Shown here: one piece after another, positions 53,363-64,000 of the stretch
How positions within the stretch are numbered: the first letter of the stretch is position 1
How the letters are laid out: each line of letters begins with the position of its first letter
From: Octopus vulgaris
Taxonomy: Eukaryota
Reading direction: 5' to 3'
DNA: 64,000 nt
Assembly (NCBI GenBank): GCA_951406725.2
Contig: OX597815.1
Coordinates: forward strand, 136,834,001 to 136,898,000
Position numbers and translations under genes: made by a program
The notes under the pieces: model-generated
Databases searched by the model: none
Seen by the model: the letters and a program-made list of their open reading frames with translations, nothing else
Told to the model about the DNA's origin: nothing

Positions 53363-54650
53363 CGAGGTGGTGTCTAGAAGTTTCTGGAGTACTTATGTTT
53401 CACAAAAAATAGCTTATTCACCTAAGTTTTAAAATAATCTCCGAAATTGTCACCCTGCGCAGTCCCTACATTTCTGTAACTTTTGGAATCCTGCCTGGAA
53501 GACATTTTACGTAGCAAATTGAAGACATTCTGCAAATCGACTTGAGTACCGACAACGGTGTTAAAACGACAACTTTTGAGCTGCATTTTCATTTCGGAAA
53601 AGAGATCCTAAATCTAGCAAATGGCGCGGTTGCGAAATTGCTACAATGTTGCTTTTGGCAAGAAACTCACGAGTGAGGAGAGCTCAGTGACAAGGTGCAT
53701 TCCCCGAAAAACCTCCCTTAAATGCTTCAAAACTTTTCAGTAGAACTCTCGATTGACGGTCTGACCCTGGAGAACGAATTCTTGAAGAACAATACCACAG
53801 ATGTCGGAAGAAAAGAACGATGTGCGTGCTCTTGATTGAGTTGCGGCTCCGTCATGCCTTCTTCGGTCGTAGAAATGAAGGTCACTTCTATTGTGACAAC
53901 TGCTGCTTCGTCTCATGGTCGTACTCTTACACCATACTATCGTCACCGGTGATGATCCCCAACATAAAGTATGGGTCATCAGCGGCACGCTGACGGAGAC
54001 CTTGATAAACTTTCACGCAATGTTCTTTCTGCTCATTGGTTAGCAGACGAGGCACAAACTTGTCAGAGACACGCCGCATGTTCAAGTCATACATTAGGAT
54101 TGTCTGTACGGACCTACAAACAGACCAGCAACTTCAACAATGCCGTTAATTGTCCTCTGACGATCCTCATGCACAAGCTGGGGAATTTTCTCCAGATTAC
54201 ACTCGTCGTTAAACTCGTGCCAGATCTTCCAGGAGTTACACTCGAGGCAGATCTTCCAGGTCGCTCATAGTGCTCTATGGACGTTCTTATGGACGTTCTT
54301 CCGCTTTTGAAGTGTTCTAGCCACACGAAGCATTGCGTACGACCCACTGCATTGTCGATGTAAGCTTGTGCAATCATGCTCAATATCTCTGTAGCAGACC
54401 TCACAAGTTTAACGCAAAATTTCACGTTGGCTCTTTGTTCCAACTTCCTGTCGGTGACAAAAATCGCAGACTACAGCATATCTGTGATCATAAGAATAAG
54501 AATTTCACAACTTGCGAAGTAAACACAGAGATGTTACTTGGCACACTACCTCATGAAGGTCACTGCTAACTCTCACAGCTCACGCAACCGTGTGCTGCCA
54601 TCTGCTGATACGCTACAGAATTAGTCTTGGAATGTTTTGATACCACCCCG
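53363..54650 (-). mobile_element. Degenerate mariner transposon
   Basis: TIRs TA-cgaggtggtgtctagaagtttctgga / tcttggaatgttttgataccaccccg-TA. Peptides MEQRANVKFCVKL..SATE, ERPGR, ITGDD and GIVLQEFVLQGQTVNREFY. Confidence 0.9.
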
Positions 54651-55374
54651 TATGTAAAGAGAGTTTATGTCTCCCTTCAAGGCATCTTTGAAATGGAAAG
54701 CAGGCAGCACTGTAGCTCTCTTGCCACTTGTCTCCTCTGTCTGAAGGGCGGAGTATATGTCGCAACCACGAGAGGTAAAGCATTATTGAAAGTATTTGGC
54801 CTATGACATTGTTCTTTACAACAATAGTTTGCAAAGGTGATACTATTGCAGATCTTTGCATTCCATGTGGGATGCCTTTCAATGTTAGCGCCTTTTAATT
54901 TTAGGGAAAATGATAAACGGCGATGTACAGCTCTGCTGCAGCATGCAGTGTACGTAGCTTTTCCATCACTGGTAGACATTTCACGGTGTCTAGTGTGCTG
55001 TAGCAGATGGTAGTTTTTGTGGAACAGGGTTTGTAGTCATGCTCTAATCATTTTTCTATTTACTTTCTCGCAATTCTGATGGCCTCCCCTGTTACGGTTT
55101 GAAATCCCAGTTCAATATTTTATGATAAGTCTGCTACCTATTCTATAGGTCTCCTTCTGCCGAGCCTCAAAGTTACGTGGACATAAACACGCCAACAGCG
55201 GATTTTAAGCAATTGTTGGAGACAAACACATATACCAAGATACACGCCCATCACTCCACAGAACGTACGCACTAATTTACTTGCACACATACACACACAT
55301 ACCTTCCCATACACACATACAGGCCCATGCGTTTGCGCGCGCACAGACAGACACACAGACAGACACACGATAAC

Positions 55375-55810
55375 CCCAGCAGTAAACAACTCCCTTTTCT
55401 TGACATCCTAATTAAAATAGTCAATAACCAGATCGAAACAGACATCTTCTATAAACCCATAGATTCTAAACAATACCTATTGTTTAGAATTCATGCCACC
55501 CCAAACACATTAAAATTAATATACCTTATAATCTAGCGAAAAGAAACTGTACCATAGTTTCGGACACCTATGCTTGTGAACGAAGACTCTGCTTTTGAAT
55601 CTCTTTAATAATCTCACAATAATGACTTTTATAACTTTTATTCCTACCTCAATTCATCTAATTGTATATATATGTATCGTTACGTTTCATAAAAAGCCTT
55701 TACTTTTTTTGATTTGCATTTGATGTGCATTTTCGCTTATTTTTCTTCTTACTTTCCCTTTACATTTCCACGTGTAGTTTCTATTTTCTTTTTGTAACAT
55801 ATTTCTATTA
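55375..55810 (+). mobile_element. PLE RT thumb remnant plus 3' region (3' part related to 42640-42830)
   Basis: QLPFLDILIKIVNNQIETDIFYKPIDSKQYLLF-SCHPKHIKINIPYNLAKR matches the PLE motif FLD...T..Y.KP.....Y....S.HP. Confidence 0.8.
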
Positions 55811-56149
55811 TATATATGCAGGTATATGTGTGTGTTGATTTATATATTTTAATACGCAAAACATAGTCGGGAAATACCACATTACTATATTATCTATGTT
55901 AATCTCTCCATTGAATACAATAATGGAAATCCTACTGATGCAGGCCACCACATATCTCCTTGCTTTCTGTTTTACCTGATACATAAATATGTATTTATGA
56001 ACATGCACGCACACACATACAAACATACATACACACAAGGTTTGCATGTTCTAATTTTAAAAATTAGGAAAACCAATTTAAGTCAAATTAGTCAATTTAT
56101 GTACTAGAATGCATATATTCGTGTTTACTACACATATATACACATTCTT

Positions 56150-56341
56150 TTACATTTTTCAGTCATTTGATTACAAGCATACTTGAGCCCCGCCTTTAGT
56201 CGAACAAATCGACCCCAGGATTTATTCTTTGTGTGTCTAGTACTTATCCTATCGATCCTTTTGCTGAACCGCTAGATCACGGGGACGTAAACATACCAAC
56301 ATCGGTTGTCAAGCGATGTTGATAGGGACAAACGCAGACAA

Positions 56342-56386
<45 letters not shown>

Positions 56387-56533
56387 CGCAGGTTTCTTTC
56401 AGTTTCCGTCTACCACATCCATTCACAAAGCTTTGGTCAGCCCGAGGCTATAGTATAAGACTTTTACCCCAGGTGCCACGCAGTGGAACTGAACCCGGAA
56501 ACCATATGGTTGGTAAGCAAGCTACTTACCACA
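56150..56533 (-). mobile_element. tRNA-derived SINE family A
   Basis: Reverse complement of head, internal microsatellite and tail. Confidence 0.88.
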
Positions 56534-56847
56534 TTAACAAAAATTAATACTTTTTCTCCGCTTTAAATTTCTCGAAAGAGCTATGAGACACAACTAGGCC
56601 TGTAAGATTTACAGCCGTAATAATATCAAATCTTACTCACATTGTTGTGGTATGACAGTCCCCGAAAATGGTGGTCACAGAATGAACACTTTAACTAGAT
56701 TTCATATACTAGCTACTGCTAATTCAGGAATCCATGCAACTAGTTAAATCATGTTTGTTTCATTATTAAAGAGTCTATTTCACAATTTGATATACAATCA
56801 TGCTTGCTTTCGTTATACACTTTTTAACTACATTTAATATACTATCA

Positions 56848-57503
56848 TTCTTTTCTACTCTAGGCACAAGGCCGAATTTTTTTTTTTTTTAGGGTGGGGG
56901 AACCAGTCGATTAGATCGACCCCTGTACGCAACTGGTACTTAATTTATCGATCCCGAAAGGATGAAAGGCAAAGTCGACCTCGGCGGAATTTGAACTCAG
57001 AACGTAACGGCAGATGAAATTGGGCCACGCATTTCGCCCGGCGTGCTAACGTATCTTATTTCTTTACTGCTCACAAGGAGCTACACACAGAGGAGACAAA
57101 TAAAGACAGACACAGGGATTAAGTCGATTACATTGACCCAAGTGCATAACTGGTGCTTAATTTATCGACCCCGAATGGATGAAAGGCAAAGTCGACATCG
57201 GCGGAATTTGAACTCAGAACGTAAAGACAGACAAAATACTGCTAAGTATTTCGCCCGGCGTGCTAACGTTTCTTATTTCTTTACTGCCCACAAGGGACTA
57301 CACACAGAGGGGACAAACAAGGACAGACAAAGGGATTAAGTCGATTACATCGACTCAAGTGCATAACTGGTGCTTAATTTATCGACCCCGAAAGGATGAA
57401 AGACAAAGTCGACCTCGGCGGAATTTGAACTCAGAACGTAGCGGCAGGCGAAATACCGCTAAACATTTCGCCAGGTGTGCTAACATTTCTGCCAGCTCGC
57501 CCC
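56848..57503 (-). mobile_element. SINE family B with internal 217-bp tandem triplication
   Basis: tttatcga.cccgaa.ggatgaaag.caaagtcgac.tcggcggaatttgaactcagaacgta at 56944, 57161 and 57378; head GGCGAGCTGGCAGAA on the minus strand. Confidence 0.85.
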
Positions 57504-60025
57504 TTTAATATACTATCATTAACTAAACCTGTAAAATCTAGTTTCCTGTGTGTGTTCTTGTATTTGATTCTTAGCAACAAGTTATATTTATATAATATTT
57601 GAATAATTATTCTTCAATATACATATTAGACATGATGATGTTAGCAGTCATTAAGGCGTTTGCAATAAATTAGACTGATTATTAATCTTTCGTCATTTAT
57701 GAATGTTGTTTTATCTCTTTGTACCTATGAAATATGGAGTGCATTAGATACGATTTACGTGTGGAACCTTTTATTACATTAAACTTGCTAATATGTTGGG
57801 CTTACATTAGTCTCTAATATTTTGTATTATTTTATTTACTGTTTCAATTTAAGCTGTGTGCTTATTGAACACGGTCCGCAACTTCTATCAATAAAAACAT
57901 GGAACAGACGCTTTCGAATTTTTATAGTATGCGTCGAGATAATTAGATTTCTGTGAATTAGCAGAAGGATTTCCGCATTGAGTATAGCTTTCCAATATCG
58001 CAAGGCAGTTGTTACATTCACCATAATCAGTAAGAGAAATCATTTATTTGATGGTTTACAAACAAATTAGGAATATGTAGCCAAAAGCAATAATACAATC
58101 ATAATAAACATAAATTAATAAGTCATCGAATATGCTCATTACCTAATAATGAGCATATTAGGTAATGAAGATATTGTTAATTAATCCGCTTCAAGAGAGG
58201 AAGTTAATTAGGTTAGAGGGCTAGACAAATGTGCAGACAGACAGAAAGATAGCTTGCCGGATATAATTAAATACGCTGCTGTATAGAATCATACGCATAC
58301 ACATAACACACATGCATTAATTCCTAAACTCACTGTGTGTGTGTGTGTGTGACAATCCAATCTGGTTTTACTGCATGAGAGCTACAAGTTTTAGAACTCA
58401 GTTTAGTCATAGCATTACGTCAACTTCCAAAGTTTCACAAAACTTAATACGATATTAAGTAGAATATTGTATATACTTTATGCTCGGCTATCAAGTTTGC
58501 AACCGGTGAAATACGTTTAAAATGGGTATTTTGTTAATTGAGACTGCTGCGTGGATCATATTTTGGTTGAAGTTGATGCGTGCATGTACATGCGTATGCA
58601 CCTAGATGCGTGATTTTTTATTTATTATTATTCCTTTTTTTTTGCTTACGTGAGTATTCGTGCATGTTTTCAAATCCATTGTATTTTCTAACCGAGAACT
58701 AAATCGAGTAGACACAAAGTATATTATAATAAGCTATGTGTGTGAAAATAAGTGAACTAACAGATTCGAATGTTATATCACGAGTACGGCTGAAAAATAT
58801 TTTAAATATAACATTGACTCCCTTAATATATAAAAAGAAACATATATATGTACAGAAGTGCGACTTTTCTACCCCTACTGAGATATAAAAAGTGTTTTTG
58901 ATTTCAGTAATAACGCTAGAAGTACGTTAGTAAGATTCGAATCGTGATATACGAGTCTCTTCTAATAAGATGGAGGAAATTGGTTTCTTTTAAATTAAAT
59001 AACAGAATTTGAATTATGGGAAGTCGGAGATGATTTTGTTACCCCTAATTGATTTCAGGCTTAAATACACCAACAACGTAGATTAAGAACCAGACGCCTT
59101 TTTCTGAATTTCCATTAGTTCAAATTCTCTCCAATCATATCTGGTAACTTATCTTTTTGCTCTGGCTGCTAACTTTTAGATTCCGTTCTTAGCAACAAAC
59201 ACTTGGGGCAGTTTCTAAGAATTTTGAAAGTGCAAAATCATTTCGAAAGGCTATTATCGAAATTCTTTTACAGCTAACGGTTTCTTTTTTTTTTTTTTTT
59301 TTTGCGTTTTCTAAGTGATCTTATAATAAGTATAATGTCATAGAAACAGAGAAACGTTCATCTAAAATATTACAGTACTAGAGGTAAGCATAGAGTCCGA
59401 GAAAACGAATGATCGTCTGTATTATTAAAAAGTAAGCAAATAAAATTTGAAACATTTAATAATTATGTGCGTAATGATTTCTGGCGCAGTTGAAATAATT
59501 GTGGAAATAAAGCGAGAAAAATTGAGTGTACGGGAGTGTAAATTAGATTCTGGTTGTAAAATACAATGTATTTAAGTTGTTTTGACCGTCTTCATTTTAA
59601 CGTCAAATTTTGCCAGTGTCGTCTTCGCATTCATTTAATGTCGAAGCCTTATCGTAATGAATCAAATTTTTACTTTCCCCACTAATTTTATCTCCTCCCT
59701 ATTTCAGAAATTATATTTGAACTTGTACTTCACTAATTTACATCTTTATCGGCTAAATTCTCCTGATTTTGAAAGATATTGCCTACAGCTGGAGTTTACA
59801 ATAACGAATATACTATGAAGATGAGTATGTATTTGTATGTAAGTTGTATGGCAATGACCGTGGTTTAGCAGAATTGGACAAAGATTTTTATGGTACTTCG
59901 TTAGAGCTCTTTACCTTAAGATTTCTCATCCCAACAGATTTATCCATCCGAGTCAGATAAAATAAATTAGAATTCAGACTCTTCCCACATTTTTTTGGCG
60001 TCATGCCTATGTAAGAAAACAATAC

Positions 60026-60433
60026 GGATCTTTTCGGTTTGAACGGCAGTTTTTAACATAATTTCTAGGTAACTAAAAAATTTTAAACTTCGTATACTGG
60101 TATGTGTTTATAAAACATCTTTTTCTCTTGGCTTTATAGAGAAGATTCTATAGTTTTAAAGATATTTGTTGGGTTTTTTTCTTCAATTTCTGAAATTTCA
60201 ACCAATCACTGACGTCTATTGAGGTAAAAAAACATTCTGTGCCGTATGAATATGTCCCTCGTTTACGAAACAGATTGGGTTTATTTACATTTGTGAAGAA
60301 AAAGATACCCTTCCCCCCACCCCTAACCCTAAAACAGATTGAAATGCAATAGATCGATACTAGGGTCATAATTATGGGTGACAATTTCATATGACACCGC
60401 TAGAAAAAACTGCCGTTCAAACCGAAAAGATCC
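60026..60433. mobile_element. Non-autonomous DNA transposon (Merlin-like MITE), 408 bp
   Basis: Perfect TIR ggatcttttcggtttgaacggcagttttt / aaaaactgccgttcaaaccgaaaagatcc with 8-bp TSD aacaatac (60018-60025, 60434-60441). GG..CC ends with an 8-bp TSD fit Merlin. Confidence 0.88.
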
Positions 60434-62561
60434 AACAATACTGAGTGACAAATAATTGTTAGTGGGAATATTTATTAAAACCTGCAATACAATAACGGGA
60501 ACATTTCATAGCGTGAAGAAGAATATGAAAATTTAAGGTATCACTTGCTTTTGTCTGCCTAGATTCTTCCTCATCATATTATGTAGCAAGCTTAACAGAA
60601 CTCTGAAGAACCTGGTGTAAATTTAGAGATGACAGAGTTTTTTTGACTACGTTCTGTTTAACATTTTTTTAATCTTAAAATTGTCTCTAAACAAGTAAAT
60701 ATGGAATAGTTAGAACGATTCCACTGGCAGAATGCATTAACTAGAGAATAAAAAATACATTAGGTTTTCTCTTGAAAATAATCAGATTTTTTTTATCACA
60801 TTATAACTTATCAGAGCATTCTGAGTAAAAATGATGGAATGTTCTGAGAGATTTTGCTTTTGATATGTTAATATTTATTTGTTTGAACAGTTTCATTTCA
60901 CTTCAAGGCATTGGAGTGGCAAAATACGCTAAAGAACTAGTGTAAATGTTCTCTCTCCTCAAGCTCAAATACTACTTCAGTCGACAATGTCTTTCATCTG
61001 TTTGTTGTCAATAAAATAAGTAAATATAAAAATACTCTAAACTTAGCTAAAACGAAAATTCTTTGTAGTGGTCTGTGTCGGTAAAAGTCAGGAAATACAT
61101 TTACACATATCAATATATTAGGACGGCACCGGGAAATGTGAATTCTACCGTTTGGGATAGAATAGTTTTTCGGAAAATAAAGGATTTACGTCTTCCTAGC
61201 GGCATGGAAGCTTATATATCTTTGCAAACGAAATCACAGAAAGGATACTCTGTCATTGGTTCTATCGATTTTAATTGCTCGTCCAAAAATATGGTCCCGA
61301 ACTAAATAGAAAGAAAAGAATATGTATATCTCTGAAGGTTTTTTTTAAAGATTAATAAATATAAGTAGATTGAATAGTTCACAAATTTGAAAGAATCACT
61401 GTGACTTCTATCATTACAATTCCTCTACCCTGGAATACTTACATTTAAATTGCATTCATTGGACAAAATATTTATTTCAATGAATTGAGAGTGTTTTTAT
61501 TCACTCAAATTTCAAGATGTACAGACATTGGTCGTAGGTGCCGTATTTGCAATGTTATCATTGGGCTAAATTTAAATTAAGTCTCCTTAGTTCAATGATA
61601 AAATAGTGCGGGATGCCCAGTTCAGAGAACTTAGTAGATTAATATGATATGTTTTGATACATAGTGAATCAAGGCATTTAGATCTATATATTTTACATTA
61701 ATATTGTTTAAATTAATCTAACATAGGGCTTGCCAGTATAATAAGCATACACATTGAACCCTTTTCACTTTTTTTTCGTGCCTTCTATGTCTTGTGAACT
61801 CTCTGTGACAGCTGGTTGTGTTGTACGGTCAAACGCGTCTCATGAGCAAGTAACATGTACCATGTATTCACTAATTATATTAATGCGCCCATGTAGTCGT
61901 CAGAAGTTAAATAATCGGTCCTGTACCCTTTAACCTTCACCCAGTCGTCACATTCGGGTTGTGACAACTGGAATTAGAGAGGGCTCAACCAGCAAAGGCC
62001 GGTACTCATTACAGCACAGTAAACTGCATCGACAAGAAGTTAAATGCTTTGCTTACGCACACAACACACCGCTTGGGCCAGGAATTGAACCAATGACGCT
62101 TTGACCCATATCATTATGCCACTCTCTTTCACAAGGAGTTCATTAGTTCAATCTTAATGACTTTGTGCCTCTGTAGTATACTTGATGCTGTTAATTGTTG
62201 TGCATAGCTAGTTTCATATTTCATGTTGCTCAGAAGAATGGCAATGGTAGATTTAAAAGTTTTATTTCTATCTATATTTTCTTTTGTTTTTGTATATTTT
62301 TTCTAATTTTAGTGCATTTATTAAAATAATAGACATGGTCACTAGGTGACATACATAGTATGAATGTCACGAGTTGGAAAAAGGACAAATTGATATACGA
62401 AGTTGCAGAAAAAATTAATTCTGTGCTTTTTGAGCGTATAATGAAACGTTGGGCATGTGCGACACTGCTTCAGTTGAGTCTTGTTAGATTTTTAGAATCG
62501 TTATAATGTGCCCCGATTTTCAATCCATTGTATTTAGTGATATTAATATGAGTAATTATAG

Positions 62562-62990
62562 AGCGGCAAGCTGGCAGAATCGTTAGCACGCCGGGCGAAC
62601 TACCAAGAGATATTTGGTCTGCCGTTACGTTCTGAGTTGAAATTCTTCCAAGGTCGACTATACCTTTCATCTTTTCGAGGTCAATTAAATAGTACCAGTT
62701 ACGTACTAGGGTCGATGTAATCGACTAAAATCCATTTTTCTTGTTTGTCCCTTCTATTATTAGCCATAGAGCGGTTGTTAAGGCGGCGAGCTGGCAAAAT
62801 CGTTAGCATACCAGGAAAAATGCTTAGCAGTATTTCGCCCGGCTTAACTTGTTAAGTTTAATTCCCACCGAGGTTGACTTTGCCCTTCATTCTTTAGGGG
62901 TCGATAAAAGAAGTACTAATTCAGCACAGGGGTCGACTTACCACCTCCCCAGAAACTGCAGGCTTTGTGCAAAAAATTAAAACCAATATG
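62562..62990 (+). mobile_element. Two tandem SINE family B copies
   Basis: GCGGCAAGCTGGCAGAATCGTTAGCAC at 62562 and GGCGGCGAGCTGGCAAAATCGTTAGC at 62782, each with GTCGAC/TTTGCC/GGGGTCGATAAA-like core. Confidence 0.82.
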
Positions 62991-64000
62991 AGTAGTTATT
63001 TTCGTACTTATCTTTCTTGTTCATCTCAAGAATAGCTCTGATTAAACAAATCTAAAGTATTTCAGCCTTGACCACTACATCATTATCTTTACTGAAGATC
63101 ATAGCCGTACCTAGAGATTTGCTACTTCTTTTGTTAGTATGAGTAAGTAAAAATATTGCAGGTTTGTTATAATTGCTTAGATCCCGAAGCATTTTCGCAG
63201 TAGCTCTAAGAATTATAAGGCCATGGTGCCCTTGAGTTATCGTTTGATTTTCAGTCAATACTATTTGGTAGAGACAGAGATCAGAACATGTTGGAAAATG
63301 GCTAACTGGAATATTGAGTTTCTGTTATTGTGTGTTTGATCGCGCAAGCGTGTATTATGTATGATTTGAGATTGATTTTGAGATTGATTTTGAAGAGATA
63401 TGTCGTGTAATCGAATAGCGAGAATGAGTAATGTGATAATTGTCATGACCGTTACTGACAGTGCAGTATACATTTTATATAGTGTATTGCTGCTAATTTG
63501 GTGTTCATATAGAATATAGTGACTGGACAACTTTCTAACATTTTACTTTTACTTCCTGGTGTCATATTAATTCCTTGTTTAGGGGTTGAATGGAGAGTTT
63601 TATTTCTATTGTGTAATATATTTTTTATTGAGTTTCTGATGTGTTTGGCTCTGTTGATATCACCGATCCATTGACCTGCTATCATTGATCCCATTGACCT
63701 AGGTATGATGCAACAAAGATTGCATTATCTCATGTGCTCTTCTTTACTAAGATGGCGACGACAATGGAGAAGAACTCTCATTGGTTGCTTCCCCATTACA
63801 CTGTGTAACATTTTTATTCTTGCCTTTGGTCAGTAAGTGTTATTTCCTATTTCCTTCCGTCTAGAAATCAAAACAAATGGCTACTATTCCCTTCAAACTT
63901 TCCTTTTTTGACGTGGGCATCAATGTTTTGAAACTGACCTATTTTCTATTATATTCCAGACAGATTCAACGTTGAGTTGCTGAAGCAGAAATATCGTTAT

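Noticed and set aside
54655-55150. Possible RTE-like LINE 3' remnant on the minus strand
   Set aside because: Coding-like, but I could not identify diagnostic motifs.
56944-57440. CRISPR-like regular repeats
   Set aside because: Whole units are homologous with no unique spacers; eukaryotic SINE tandem, no cas genes.
60320-60332. ccctaaccctaa telomere-like repeat
   Set aside because: Only two units, internal to the MITE.
63052-63770. Several short minus-strand ORFs (one with DNDVVVKA, reminiscent of PLE I.KADKG)
   Set aside because: Similarity too weak to call without a search.

Overview
AT-rich eukaryotic DNA, most likely cephalopod (Octopus-like; inferred from the SINE/LINE/microsatellite landscape). 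I see no supportable host protein-coding exon, and most ORF-track entries are (TA)n/(CA)n/(TACA)n/(GATA)n artefacts. The window is a mosaic of mobile elements. It holds a near full-length but disabled Penelope-like element (PLE; 35557-39947) with RT, GIY-YIG and 148-bp pseudo-LTRs carrying minimal hammerhead-like motifs, plus many PLE remnants. It also holds two CR1/L2-group LINE 3' fragments, R4/Dong-type, Tx1-type and Helitron remnants, Tc1/mariner fossils, a Merlin-like MITE with an 8-bp TSD and many tRNA-derived SINEs. The most unusual items are: (1) RT-less, ORF1-only Tx1-like elements (26761-28260, 44696-46849), both joined to the same GTGGTAA/GTAGCTT site of a SINE tRNA head; (2) a TSD-flanked 266-bp element fusing a Pol III tRNA head to a hammerhead-like tail (1613-1878); (3) several stand-alone hammerhead-like motifs with greatly expanded stem II, plus a recurrent permuted GAAA...CUGANGA-hairpin motif; (4) a 766-bp near-perfect fold-back duplication bracketed by a ~120-bp direct repeat. 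All calls were made by eye, with no database searches or folding programs.
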